Positions 1-13,894 of a stretch of DNA of 64,000 bases are shown piece after piece. How positions within the stretch are numbered: the first letter of the stretch is position 1; each line of letters starts with the position of its first letter. Origin of the DNA: Octopus sinensis. Lineage: Eukaryota. The stretch is from contig NC_043008.1 of NCBI RefSeq assembly GCF_006345805.1, forward strand, positions 3,658,001-3,722,000, given 5' to 3'. The translations under genes were made by a program, and so were the position numbers. The notes below the pieces were generated by a model. It saw only the letters and a program-made list of their open reading frames with translations. It was not told the origin of the DNA and ran no database searches.

Positions 1-179
1 TTAATCCAGACACGCTGTGACTGTCTCGTTCTAGAATTGCCCTTATTACATAAATTAACATGAGATCATACGAGAGGTCGCTTAGCTTTCAGAAATTCGC
101 TGCCAAACCTCTCAAATTATATCCTATTGCATTCAGTAAGAAAAAGTCATATCAGATAATTAGTCCAACTCATCCTTAA

Positions 180-401
180 CCCATTAAGTCCCAGAGTACT
201 TAAATTTCTGAATATAACTTTTAAATTTTTACAGTTGATTGAAAATAGGTTAAAATGGGAAAAAAATATTAAAACTCTTTTACTTCAAGTAGAAATGGAT
301 ATATTTGGTGTCCTTTAAATAGGACACTGAGACAATGTGATTATAGCTTATTTAATGTTCTCATTTAGTGTCCTATTTATAGGACAGCGGGACTTAATGG
401 G
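180..401. mobile_element. Non-autonomous piggyBac-type MITE
   Basis: Perfect 13-bp TIRs CCCATTAAGTCCC (180-192) / GGGACTTAATGGG (389-401), flanked by TTAA at 176-179 and 402-405. CCC termini plus a TTAA TSD are piggyBac hallmarks. It interrupts an older dispersed repeat (family E). Confidence 0.85.
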
Positions 402-550
402 TTAAACAAAAAGAGATGGTCACTGCTGGAACATCTATGTTCATATGTATGCCATATTAGAATTGACCAGCAACAATTTCGTGTTGCCCACAACTTAGGG
501 TGTCAGTATGACCTTCAATCTCTATCAATTACTCGCCAACAGCAGAAACA

Positions 551-907
551 GTGGAGGCGTAATGGCCCAATGATTAGGGCAGCGGACTCGCGGTCGGAGG
601 ATCGCGGTTTCGATTCCGAGGCCGGGCGTTGTGTGTGTTTATTGAGGGAAAACACCTAAAGCTCCACGATGCTCCGACAGGGGGGAGGGGCACCCCTGTT
701 GTACTCTTTCGCTCCAACTTTCACTCTTTCTTCCTGTTTCTTGTCCCCGACTTCCTACGCAACCGCTGAGCCTAGATGCGCATTCATCCATCCGTCGATG
801 CTCTCGGTGTCGGGGGTTGACCTGCTTTCTCTTCTGCGGGTCTTACGAATAGCAAAGGACCACTTTTCGGACTTCTCCCACTGCGGACAAGACCGTTCGC
901 TCAACAG
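551..907 (+). mobile_element. tRNA-derived SINE, family A (tRNA-Arg-like head), full length
   Basis: Head GTGGAGGCGTAATGGCCCAATGATTAGGGCAGCGGACTCGCGG...GGTTTCGATTCC has A/B-box-like motifs. 14-bp TSD CAACAGCAGAAACA at 537-550 and 908-921. Head and body are shared with the copy at 52681-53050. Confidence 0.85.
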
Positions 908-1996
908 CAACAGCAGAAACAACTTCCTGACTCACATTATAGTCGCTAACTTATAAACCTTGAACTGAGAATATTAACTATTTCTATTAAACATCAAATA
1001 TTTCAAGTAATTTAACTATTTCTGGGAAGTTTTACTTGTTATTTCCAGAAATTTTAAATATAATTTCTTCCATCGTTTTGGCGCAGACTCTCACATCTCT
1101 GTGGACAGGTTAAAGCTGATAGAACTTTGGCATATTTGCTTTACTTATTATACCTATGAACACGATAAAGAAAACTGAATTATAGAAGCTTCTAGATATT
1201 TATCGCTTATACATAATACACACACACACACACCACACACACACACACACACACATCTACGCACGCGCGCACATATTAGTGTATACACACACGCACACAT
1301 ACACATATATACATTATTCAGTTGTTCACTAGAATTATAATACCAAGCTAACTTAAAGAATTCAAAGCTACAACAGCAGAATAAATATGAAATTGTTTAT
1401 AAAAGTCGGATGTTACAAACGCCATAATGAACTTTTACTAAGAGTGCAACTCTCTACATTTCTCGCATTCGATTTTAAAATCTAACACATTCATACTCGC
1501 ATAGGCGTCAGCGTATCAGTGAGTGTGCATGTATATTTGTGTATATATGAGTGTATATATTTGTGTGTGCGTGAAATTATATAAATATGAGTGTATGTTT
1601 TTATATATACATACATCATGCGTGCACACGTGCATACATACATACACGCATGCTTACGTACGTACATATATATACGTACATACATTTAATTTTTGTGGTC
1701 AAAACGAGAAAAGTATACAATAGATGTATTAGTATATTTATTGGTCTAAATTCGGTGTTTCACCAACTTCATACTCGGAGTTCCACGATGATGTGCATAT
1801 TCAGATGGTGAATTGAACTGTTGCTGGTTCCTTGCTCTCCTTCATTTGTTGAGGTTCGGTGCGAGGCTCCACTGCTGTCAGCTGACAGACAACAACGAAG
1901 CTCACCAGAATCCCTCCTCAACAGTTAAACCGTTCGTCATTGGAACTTTTACAAGCCTTTTGACGTGGGACTGCAATGGCTCGAAATTTTCTCCTT

Positions 1997-2068
<72 letters not shown>

Positions 2069-3279
2069 GCACACTCATGTATATATATATATATATTATT
2101 TATTATTATTTAATTGAACGTGACGCATCCATTTCTAAGTTTATATATACATATATGTGTGTGTGTGTGTGTACATTTATGCACACACATGTGTATGTAT
2201 ATATATATCCCATGGTTCATAGAATTCATTTATTAAATTGCTTCTATAATTATCATTTTGGGAAAAGCAGTTATGCAACGGGAAAAATGCCAAACGGTAT
2301 TTAGATATATCTCTTTAAGTGCTGATTTCAAATGCCAGGAGGTCATCTTTGCTGTAAATTCTTCCGGGGTTGATAAAATAAAGTACATGTCAAGAACTGG
2401 ATCATTTCCAGGATCCAAAGGGACCTATACTTGTGGCTGTGCCCAGCGGTGACAGTGAGAAAATAGCGGCTGATAGGGGAGGGGAACGAGCTACAGCAGA
2501 ATAAACAATACCAATATCTATTAGATGATGATTACATGGACGAACTGATGGTACTGAAATATACTGAGTACTTTGCTATAAATATGGCCTGAATATAGGC
2601 AACAAGCATGTAGGGTTGGCCAATGCCTTGTGGGTGAGTTTGGGTGACGGAAACTGCCTGGAAGCCTGCCATGTGTGCGTGTGTCGTTGTCGCCTGTTTA
2701 GTCCTACCCTCATCGCTCAACAACTACTTTTCGTTGGTTCAGGCGCAGATACGATAGAGTAGGTAAACCCTTCAAAGCGATGTCCTAGCATGGTTGTGCT
2801 CCATTGTAAAATGTAAATGATACTATCATATGCTAAAGCACGAGTACCTGGAGGACTTATGCTGTTTCTCGTTCTGTCACCATTGACGTACCCATTTAGG
2901 TGCATTCGGCTCTTGTACGAGAACTGAAAAGCGAGCAGGGGGCATAAAGTACTCTCACATGACCTAACCAGTGAGTTCTCTCACAAAGAGTGGGTGGGAA
3001 TTCCTATACGAATCTACTGATTAAATACCGTTTTTCTTTGATTCATTGAGCTCTCTTTTCTGGTTATTTCTATATCTTCTTTATTTCACCGTAAATTTTT
3101 AAGATGCCTTTGTACCTAACCTGGCCCACCCTCCATAATTTTTCATGACTACTTTGTCATACCCCACACATTTTTGTAACTTCTCGTCTTAACGTTCCAC
3201 ATTTTGTATGCATGAATGATGATGCATGCCATTGCCCTTAGCGGCAAATCCGAGGCGTGGTTTAATTGCTAGAAGAAAA

Positions 3280-3360
3280 TTATTATTATTATCATTATTA
3301 TTATTATTATTATTGTTATTATTATTATTATTATTATTACTACTACTATTACTATTATTA
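3280..3360. repeat. (TTA)n microsatellite
   Basis: Direct reading; explains the poly-Leu ORF. Confidence 0.95.
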
Positions 3361-3805
3361 GTTTATGCTATTTCAATTAGAACCTGTTCTAATGGATTTT
3401 TACGTGACGATTCCTCCTTTTATTTCTTAATTCATTCCAAAGGACTTTCTTTGAAAAGCCACTTAGTGCCACACCTTATATTCCTTCTATTCCGCTTCGA
3501 TGAGTCTGTAGAATACTTCAAATAATAAATACTAAATAAATAAGTAAAAAATAATAAAAGAAAAAAGGGAGCTACTTTTAGTCAAATTAATAATAGCTGT
3601 TGCGTTTAGCCCTATTTCATACTTGATCGAGAAGACCCTTGATCAAAGACAATCCATTCCTGAACATCCTGTATTTTTATAGGCATTGTGTATCCAGGAA
3701 TACATCATTCTATCTCCCAAAATACTTTACTCCTTTTAAGGTTGGGTTTAATGGTGCTACTCTACGAAGCCGATCGACAAGGAAGATCCCCTTCGATCGC
3801 TCATA

Positions 3806-4130
3806 AGTATGTATGTATGTATGTGTGTATGTATGTATGTATGTATGTATGTGTATGTGTGTGTATGTATGTATGTATGTATGTGTATGTATGTATGTAT
3901 GTATGTATGTATGTATGCATGTGTGTGTGTATGTATGTATGTATGTGTGTGTGTATGTATGTATGTATGTGTGTATGCATGTATAGATAGAGATAGAGAG
4001 AGATAGAGAGAGATGCACACATGTACCTACACATATATATGTATATTATATATACATGTATATGCGTATATGAATTTTATTTATATATGTATATATGTAT
4101 GTATGTATGTGTGCATGTATGTATAGATAG

Positions 4131-4213
<83 letters not shown>

Positions 4214-4330
4214 AAGATAGATAGATGCACACACATATATATATGTACATTATATATACATGTATATGCGTATATGAATTTTATTTATATATGTATATAT
4301 GCATGTATGTATAAATGTATTTATGTATGT
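3806..4330. repeat. Compound (TATG)n/(TAGA)n microsatellite block with an internal local duplication
   Basis: The segment GATGCACACA...TACATGTATATGCGTATATGAATTTTATTTATATATG occurs at ~4012-4100 and ~4224-4305, separated by (TAGA)n. Confidence 0.9.
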
Positions 4331-4882
4331 ACTGCTAAAGGGTTACTTAAATTAATGAGTCCTTCTCATGTTTAAAACTGTGCACTTAGCTGTTATTTCA
4401 AACTAGGCGAATAGCTACGTAACTACTTCCACGGATATTCTAGTATGCGTGTGTATGTGTGTGCGCCTGCCTGTTTGTGTTTGCATATGTAATACATTTT
4501 GTATTTGTAGGACTACCTCTTTCAACACGTTCCTTCTTTTACCAACGAAGCTAGTATCCGAATGATATTTGGCTGCTATTTCAAGGAGAGGAACAGACCA
4601 TACAGGGGCCCCTCGTATTTATTTTATTTCTTGCCTTAAAAGTAACAAATCAAAAGCCAATATTAGTATTAGGATGCGCCTATAATCATATTGTCGAATA
4701 TTCCTCTCATACATACATTCTTCGTGGAATATTCGAAACACGCTTGTGTGTAGGCTTCCAACTACTCTCTCCTCCATATCGATAACTCTTCTGATCTTTC
4801 CGCCTATCAGTTGTACATATCGACACGGATTACTTATTATTCGATATTGCTTACTATGTTTTCATTTATACATACACACATG

Positions 4883-5183
<301 letters not shown>

Positions 5184-5525
5184 TCTGGTGTAAACCGTTA
5201 GATATACATCAATACATGTGTAATAAACACATACCGAATCTATTTACTAGTTAGTTCCAATATTAGAGTGATGTGTATGCGGTTTTATGTGCCTGCCACT
5301 CATGTGTATGTGGTAGGGTGGATAGATTAATGGATGGAGGGATAGATTTGTATGTGTGTGTGTGTGTGTGTGTGTTTGTTTGTTGTGTGTGTACGTTGTG
5401 TGTGTGTGTTTGTGTGTTTATGTATGCATGGATGGATGGAAGGATGGACGGATGGATGGCATATGTTTGCACGTACGTATGTATAAGCATTAAATTTAAA
5501 TGCTTAACTGGATCTTTCTCTTCTA

Positions 5526-5586
<61 letters not shown>

Positions 5587-6044
5587 TCTATCTCTCTCCT
5601 CTCTTTCTCTTTCTCTCCCCCCTCTCTCTCTCTCCATTTTTGCATTCTCCATTTCCCCTTTTTATGTGCATAGGGGACTGATGTCTATGTTCCTACGTTT
5701 GTTTGTTCAAGCAACAGTTTTTTTCCATATTTTGTTATGTTTCTTATTTCAAATCTAACAGTTTGTATTTGATAACAGTTTTAAATGTACGACCATAAAT
5801 TCCTTCCCAGATATGTTACAACACACACACACACACACACATATTGACACTTATGCAGTGCACTCACACACACACACACACACACACTGGCATGCCCAAA
5901 AGTTGCTTATTTCGTCTACTTTTTAAGCAACCTTCAATGAAGAAAGAGGATCGATATCGATACACTCCTTCGTAAAAAATGTTTCAAATGATTCTTCATG
6001 CGTGTGATCGGAAAACATACAACGTATGTCGTATTGTCATTATT

Positions 6045-6053
6045 ATTAGTAGC

Positions 6054-6092
<39 letters not shown>

Positions 6093-6125
6093 GGTGGTGG
6101 TGGTAGTGGTGGTGGTAGTAGTAAT
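6045..6125. repeat. (GTA)n/(GTG)n trinucleotide microsatellite
   Basis: Direct reading. Confidence 0.95.
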
Positions 6126-6494
6126 AACAGTTATTTCTAATTTAAGCAGTTCCACCAGGTTCTTTTTTAGAGGGAGAGGGGGTCAGGCGAATACATTGAC
6201 ACCAGTAAGTCACTGGTATTTATTTTATAAATCTCTGGTGCTCGGGGGGTAGTTTTGGAAACAAGTCTCACCTCGGCGCCCTTTGAACGCACAACATGAA
6301 AACAAGGAATAAATAAACAGCCATGGCATTTTTGTCCGTCACTCAAACGATTTCGCCAATCCACTGCACCCTTCCTAACCTCGGTTAATCCCGGTGGGAT
6401 TAGAATAATCTCACTTCTTTTGTTGGTCAGAAAGGCATAAAACTTTGGGGAACTGGATTTAGTGTAAGGAAGGAGGAAATAGAAACAATAATGT

Positions 6495-6495
6495 A

Positions 6496-6565
<70 letters not shown>

Positions 6566-6577
6566 CCTATCTATCTG

Positions 6578-6625
<48 letters not shown>

Positions 6626-6626
6626 C

Positions 6627-6670
<44 letters not shown>

Positions 6671-6750
6671 ATATCTATCTATATATCTATCTATCTATCT
6701 ACGTATAGATAGGTAGATAGATAGATACATACATACATACATACATACAT
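6495..6750. repeat. (ATCT)n and (ACAT)n tetranucleotide microsatellite
   Basis: Direct reading. Confidence 0.95.
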
Positions 6751-6846
6751 ACGTATATACAGATATCAGTTTGTGCAAACAGGCACGTGCCATTGTGTGT
6801 ATGTGTGTGTGAACGGATGTATGTATGTTTGTATGTATGTGTTAAG

Positions 6847-6893
<47 letters not shown>

Positions 6894-6914
6894 AAATTTA
6901 CAGAAAAACATAAG

Positions 6915-6980
<66 letters not shown>

Positions 6981-6984
6981 ATAT

Positions 6985-7035
<51 letters not shown>

Positions 7036-7105
7036 TATATATATATATACACACACACATATAGATATATATACACATACATATTCGTATATGCGTGTGT
7101 GTGTA

Positions 7106-7337
7106 CAGGGTTGGCCAAAAGTCACCTGACAATAAATCAAAAACCATTTTATTCCAAGATTAAAACAAAAAGTTAATCGCTAATAAGTAGACAAACGTTG
7201 AAAAAAATAATAAAACGGTGATTTGGACTCACAGCATTGAATTATTGAATATTCATCATCGGAATGAATAAATAAAATAGAATTTTAGATATTTATAGAA
7301 TTTTGATTTACTGTCGGGTGACTTTTGGCCAACCCTG
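7106..7337. mobile_element. Tc1/mariner-type MITE
   Basis: 37-bp TIR CAGGGTTGGCCAAAAGTCACCTGACAATAAATCAAAA (7106-7142) matches the reverse complement of 7301-7337 with 2 mismatches. TA dinucleotides flank both ends (7104-5, 7338-9). Confidence 0.9.
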
Positions 7338-8043
7338 TATATACTCGGCTGTGCCTGCGTGTTACCGTGTGTGTGATTGTCAGAGTATTGGTGGCTTAAC
7401 ATAATCCTTAGAGTTCGCGTTTAGATTATCACTGCAGATATGAGTTTGTGCAAACAGGCACGTGCCACTGTGTGTGTGTGTGTGTGAACGGATGTATGTA
7501 AGTTTGTATGTATATATTAGGGTGTATATAGGTAAGTATGTGTGTGTGTGTGTGAATGATGTGCGTTTGTTTGGTCGTTTTTTCTTGTGTTTTGCAAATT
7601 GCTGGGTCGCCCCCCCCCGTGTGTTCGCCTGATATTCAGTGTAAGAGTTAAAAAAAAAAAAAGCAAGCAAACGGTGATAATCCGCTTAATGTAATTAGTA
7701 CAGACAGTCCTAAGCTTGCTTGTGATTGATTTAGTACGATTAACGAACACGCAATAGGCACTAGTTTAATAATACTATCCGCACCAGCTAACATATCACC
7801 CACCTTGGTCGACAATCATTTTTGCAGGTTAACCAAAAAGAAAAAAAAAAAAGCAAATCTATTCAATCATCAACTTTTGTTTTATTTTTATTTTCTTTTG
7901 TGGGTTGTTTTTGTTGGTTTCTTTTATCTTGACTTACGTCTCGTTCTGTCTCATTTGTTTCATTCGCCAACTCTTGTTCTAGATGCAAGTTAAGTGTGTG
8001 TATGTATATATATATATCTATGTATCGATATATGTGTATATTA

Positions 8044-8102
<59 letters not shown>

Positions 8103-8147
8103 GCGTACGTATGTGCATGCGCACGCATGTGTATGAAAGCGCATAGA

Positions 8148-8192
<45 letters not shown>

Positions 8193-8321
8193 TGTGTGTG
8201 TGTGTGTGTGTAACGCCTCCAGTAATTCTCGCTTTATACTACATTTTCCCTCGTCTAGTTTCGATTAAATTTTTATTCTGAAAGATATATTTCTTTTTTT
8301 TGTGTTTCTCAAATGATTATC

Positions 8322-8347
8322 GTTATTATTATTATTATTATTATTAT

Positions 8348-8409
<62 letters not shown>

Positions 8410-8410
8410 T
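8322..8410. repeat. (TTA)n(GTA)n microsatellite
   Basis: Direct reading. Confidence 0.95.
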
Positions 8411-8568
8411 TTTTACCCTGACTGCGCCAGTAGAAGGCAAGATCAGTAAACTGAACTTATTCTCTCCTTTCCTTACCATTTCCAAACTCTTTATTCCCCA
8501 CCCATCACACTCTTTTTTAATTTTCAATAAAAAGAAATTAATGTAAACAACAATTTTCGACTCTACTA

Positions 8569-8599
<31 letters not shown>

Positions 8600-8777
8600 T
8601 CTCTCTCTCTCTCTCTCTTTCGCTTTCTCTCTTCCCCTCTCTTTCTCTTTTTCTGTATCTATCTATCTATCTATCTAATTTTTATAACTAAATCTATTAT
8701 TACCTCTTCCTCTTTTCATTTTGATTCTTCAAATCTTTATAAATCTCCTCCTGTGTCTATGCATTTGTGTGTGTTCC

Positions 8778-8814
<37 letters not shown>

Positions 8815-9374
8815 TCTTCCATTTCAAACTGTTATTCCTCCTCCTCCTCCATCTCTCTTATATTTTATCTCCTTAACCTCCTTCCTCTCCTCCCCACCTC
8901 GCTCGTCCGTTCCATCTTCATCGTCTTCTCCTCCATCTCCTTCTTCCACGTACTCTCCTCACTTTTATTACTATTCCATTCCGCTAACGTAATTTTCCTT
9001 ACACGGCTTTATTTTTCCCAACCGACAGTTGCTCTGCTTCCATAAACTTTCCAAAACCTGTCTGTTCATCCTATCAACTCATTTAACTTTACTTCTGTTC
9101 GATCGCTTAATCCATCTTCCAATTTGCACTGTACTTTGTGTTATATTGATACGACGACTCCAAACAATCCACCGCTGGTCCCCGCCTCTATATTATCTAC
9201 CTGCACATTTGATGGCAGGAAGTAAGAAGTAAGGAATCTGGTGAATACATTTTACATTGTGTGACACGGAAGAGAAAAGATTTAAAAAATACACAGTATG
9301 TCGGATTGGAAATGCTTTTGGTCGAAGAAAATATTGCAGTGTTGGGAAAAATCAGCAAAGGAAACAATGTAAAA

Positions 9375-9580
9375 GGGTGGTCTTGTGGTAAAAAGTTTGC
9401 TCCCCGTCCTCAGGGTTCTGGTTCAGTCCCACTGCTTGGCACCTTGGATAACGCCTACTACTATAGCTTCGGGCTGACCAAAACCTTGTCAGTGGATTTG
9501 GTGAACGACAACTGGCAGTTGTGAGTGTGTGTGTGTGTGTGTTTTGTTCCTGTGTTTGTCCGTCACTACCACTTGCTTTT
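9375..9580 (+). mobile_element. SINE family C, degraded 5' part
   Basis: TGTGGTAAAAAGTTTGCT...GGTTCAGTCCCACTGCTTGGCACCTTGG...GACCAAAACCTTGTCAGTGGATTTGGT matches the copies at 28299 and 32223. Confidence 0.7.
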
Positions 9581-10284
9581 CAAGTGGAACTTGTAAAAGT
9601 CGATGTGGGCTTGGCCGAAGAGGAAAGTATCCGTCTTCAGTCCTTTTCAACCTTGTCCATCAAACTACATCTTGCGCCATAGCCACCAGTCAGAGGAAAA
9701 CTTGCTTCCTGGTCAAAGGAAGGCAGGAGAGCGATGCTCACCAGGGATCCATCCTTCACGCATCAAAAGCTGTTTGATGAAGATCCACAAGTCAGCAATA
9801 CCCGAACTCTGGACGAAGGGTGGAGTGGGGACGGGTGGTGGTAGAGCTGGTGGTGAAGTTGAAAGTTGCTGTGCTCGTATTCTTATTGTTGCTGCTGTTG
9901 GGTGTTTTTGGTATTGTCTCATTCATTGCAGGTAATTCAGCTTCATTATTAGAATTAAATTCCCGTGCAGTGTTGTTGTTGCTGCAGCTGTTGTCATAGG
10001 ATTAGTGTGGTACACTGTACTTTGAACTTGGTGAGCGCTCCCCTCCCCTCCCAGTTGAGGGGGGGAAGGCGGAGGACTCTAACTTGTCTTGCAATTCACT
10101 ATCAAAGCTACTTGTTTATAAGATTGCTTTTTCAAAATGAAAATTTACCTCTAAATCCTACGTAATGGTTGTAGTTTTAACAAGCGTTTTGTAACAAAAA
10201 TAAACAACTTTTGCAAACAAAAATTTAAATAGAAAATAACTTACGAGCGAAAAGACAAGTCTTCGGCTAGTACGAATAATCATA

Positions 10285-10482
10285 ATAATCCTTTCTACTA
10301 AAGGCACAAGGTCTGAAACTATGGGAGAGGGGACTAATCGATTACATCGACCCCGGTAATTCACTGGTACTTAATTGACCGACCTCGAAAGAATAAAAAG
10401 CAAAGTCAACTTCGACGGGATTTGAACTCAGGGAGAAAGCATTTCACCCGGCGTGCTAACGGTTCTGCCAGCTCATCGCCTA
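10285..10482 (-). mobile_element. SINE family B (tail type 2)
   Basis: Reverse complement of GGCG..GAGCTGGCAGAA.CGTTAGCACGCCGGG...GTTGACTTTGC.TTT.ATTCTTTCGAGGTCG...GGCCTTGTGCCT. Confidence 0.8.
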
Positions 10483-10999
10483 ATGCCACTAGTGGATGTG
10501 GGATTTTACAATAAGAAATTACAATACAGAGGTTGCTTACAAAATATATAGGAAACTCATATGAGCAGACCTGTGTTCAACGGCATTCTAACCGTGACCA
10601 TCTCTTTTTCTTATTTTTCTTATGTGTAATTAACCTTCAGCCATATTATCCTACTTACCCTCCCCCAGGGTGTGATTGGAGGCTGATATTTCTTGTAGGC
10701 TGATTGAACTTGTAGAGGCTTCGGAATCTGGCTTATAGAGCAAACCTACTCAACCAAGGAATACGTGACAATTTACGCCAAGTTTTAATCAAATTTATAG
10801 AAGAGCAGCACTCTTCTTTCATGCTTAGCTTCTTCAAGTAGTTTTTGAAGCAGATTGTAAGGACATATTTGGGGAAGAAATGTGCAGTCATTATTCTTTT
10901 CTCTATTATTCTTCACGCTAACTCTTTCGCTATGGCCTTGACAAAGATGAAAATTGTCTACTATTCTCTCTAAAGATAGGCAGTGAAGTGATCTTTATG

Positions 11000-11485
11000 A
11001 CGGACAAGGCAGAGATGCGGATTCCTTCGACTTGCGATATAACACAAGTCGGCAATTTTTGGACACAGAACGAATGCATGCAATTCTATACACACCTCGG
11101 ATACGCCCGGCACATCAGCTGTAAATGAAGTATTTATTACCCACTGGAAATGTTGAAAGTAGCATCCGGGAGATACCGCTCAGTTGATCTTCGATAATGC
11201 TTAAGTTATACCATCAGAGCATCACCGGTTTTTGCACATCAGTAGTCTTCTGAAGAATACTAGAGAAGTGCGAACACTGTGAATGATTTCTGATATTAGA
11301 CGCCCAATATTGGTTTACGCTTGACCCAGGACAGCAATTCCATCAAGGAATATTCTACGGAAAAACTAACCTGACACAAACTCACTATTAAAGAATCATG
11401 AACCTTCAAGCCAGTGCAATCCATCCTTTCAGCAGGAAGCGAAAGAGCAGACACTCCAATGTACTTAGATGTTGTATGGGTCAAG
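11000..11485 (+). pseudogene. Possible very old Ty3/Gypsy reverse-transcriptase relic
   Basis: Broken frame gives PLEMLKVASGRYRSVDLR (cf. P..vkK.dG.yR.cvDyR) and, at a plausible distance, MYLDVVWV (cf. YLDDI.V). Many stops. Confidence 0.25.
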
Positions 11486-11813
11486 GCTTGACTGTCAGAA
11501 TGATAATAGATTACTAAAGGGAAGTGAAGATAGGCATCAGTGCGCGGATTTAGTAGTTAAGGAGAATTATGACATATATTGATTGTATTTTGATAGATCT
11601 CATACACAGATATACTTAAACGCTCGCGCACACATGAATATATAGAAATATTGGCTTGTCTGCATGCGTGTGTTTAGGCACAAGACTACGATCTGCAATC
11701 GGGGAGTATAATCTATTGAAATAACTTCACTATGTGACTGTTATTGGCTTTCTCGATGCTGGATGATGAAAAAAGGAAGTCAATTAATAATGATTATAAT
11801 AATAATAATAATG

Positions 11814-11871
<58 letters not shown>

Positions 11872-11872
<1 letters not shown>

Positions 11873-12242
11873 CCTTTCTACAATAGGTAAAAGGCCTGAG
11901 ATTGGGGGAAGGGTATAGTCGATTACCCCACTGCTCGACTAGTACTTTTTTCATCGACCCCGAACCGATGAAAGGCAAAGTCGACCTCGGTAGAAGGACG
12001 AAATGCCGCTAAGCATTTTGTCCGGCGACCTTAACGATTCTGCCAGCTCACCGCCTTTAAAACATTGATTTTAAATTTTGGCACAGGGCTAGTGATTTCA
12101 GAGGAGTGGGTAGGTCTATTACATCAAGTCCAATATTCAGCAGGTAATTATTTTGCCGACCCCGGCGGAATTTGAACTCAGAACGTAAAGATGGACGAAA
12201 CGTCGCCATTTCGCACGGCGTGCTAACGATTCTGTCAGCTCA
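11872..12242 (-). mobile_element. Two adjacent SINE family B copies (11872-12056; 12075-12242) beside an (AAT)n tract
   Basis: Both contain the reverse-complemented GAGCTG.CAGAATCGTTA head and the CCTTGTGCC/CCTTTTACC tail region. Confidence 0.75.
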
Positions 12243-12280
12243 AGATCCACATATATATATATATATATATTAGAATTAGA

Positions 12281-12378
12281 ATTTTCTGCTGCTTTAGATA
12301 AAGCATATTACTCTACCACTGGTATTTGAGTACTCTTTTTTTCCACCTTGTTTCACATTTATGTGTTTACTCCGGTAT
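12281..12378 (+). repeat. Partial copy of the repeat at 40225-40408
   Basis: TTTCTGCTGCTTT.ATAAA.CATATTACTCTACC.CTGGTATTTGAGTACTCT.TTTTCCACCTTGTTT is shared with 40319-40390. Confidence 0.8.
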
Positions 12379-12691
12379 ATATATATATAAAAGGACTCAT
12401 AAACATATGCAACACTCAGAAAGTAGCACTACGAGGCACTCGTCGAATACTTTAAATAAGGAAAAGGAAAATCACAAAACAAAAAAAATGAGAGACTGCA
12501 CATACCAAAGACGTAAAAGAGCTGCGAATATGCATTTTAGGGAAATCACGCAATGAAAATATGACAAGCGAAAAGTAAGATAATCGTGGAATTAGTAATA
12601 ATATGTTTATGCGCCACAGGAGCAAAACAAATACAAAACATTTATACAAGCGAAGAGAAGTATTTAGTGCACAACAGATGTTATACTGTTA

Positions 12692-12858
12692 TACATACAT
12701 TGATACATACATACATACATACATACATACATACATACATACATACATACATACATACATACATACATGCATACATACATACATATACATACATACATAT
12801 ACATACATACATAGATACATACATACATACATACATACATACATACATACATACATAC

Positions 12859-12917
<59 letters not shown>
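12692..12917. repeat. (ACAT)n(GAAA)n microsatellite
   Basis: Direct reading. Confidence 0.95.
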
Positions 12918-12918
<1 letters not shown>

Positions 12919-13086
12919 TGACATGCAATCTCTCGTTCCCAACTACACATCTGTCTATCTGTCTGTTTGTCAGTTTATGTATGTATGTATGTATATATAG
13001 TTCAAATTTTTAGAAAAACAAAAACGAAGACAGGTGTAGGAACAACAAGTAAGTGTATTAATTTGCTGCTCGGGAAAAATGGGAAA

Positions 13087-13125
13087 TCTTTTACCTTTTC
13101 GAGCCTACGCTCTGCGACATAAAGG
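13087..13125 (-). ncRNA. Degenerate hammerhead-like motif
   Basis: Minus strand: CUUU-AUGUCGC-a-GAGC(guag)GCUC-GAAA-ag-GUA-AAAG. Stems I and II, GAAA and GUA are intact; the CUGANGA box is mutated. Confidence 0.3.
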
Positions 13126-13894
13126 AGGAAGAAGAGGAAATAAATAGAGAGAGAATGGAAGAAAGCGTGGTGAGTTCAGTGGTCCAACATACACACACTC
13201 ACATACACACACAAACACACACAGGCACACACAAACACACACAGGCACACGCAACGTAAAAATGCTAGCAATTTCCTCATTAGAAAGTGTCATTGACACA
13301 ACAAACAAACACACACACACACACACACACAAACACACCTACATCACACAGTTGTCTATGTCGTTTTCTTTTGCTGCATCGCACTCAAAACAACAACACT
13401 TTCTTAATCTTGTTCGCTTCCTGACGAAGTGCAAAGCCCGAAGCGTTAAATTCTTTACTCCTCGCAGCAACCAAAACTTTATCAAAATCCGGTGCGAATT
13501 CTCTGGTGTGTCTGTTCGTTAGTTTTATTTGTACACAGATTAAATTTTGTTGTGGTTTATTGGCTGCTGTTTTTAATAGGAATGCAAATATATAGATTGC
13601 TTTTCCGAATACAATTCTCAATTGAAGTAATGTATTTTTCCATCTGAAAACAATACGTAGGTCGAAACCAACAAATGGGTGGCTACAGAAAGAATCGCCT
13701 GCTAGACACAGGAGCTAAATGTCCCTCCAACCACACCTTACCGTCTTAAAATAATGATGGAAAGTTTGGATAATGTAATCATTGTTAATCTACAGCTAAA
13801 ATTAGGATCGAACATTTCACAAGTTAAAATCAAAGTCAGTCCGACCACGGTGGGATTTAAAATCAGAACGTAAAATATTCCGTAACTAATTATT

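Noticed and set aside
669-956. 95-aa ORF
   Set aside because: It lies almost entirely within SINE family A.
1750-1990. Minus-strand GTATGA...GAAAC resembling a hammerhead
   Set aside because: No CUGANGA box and no stem II pairing.
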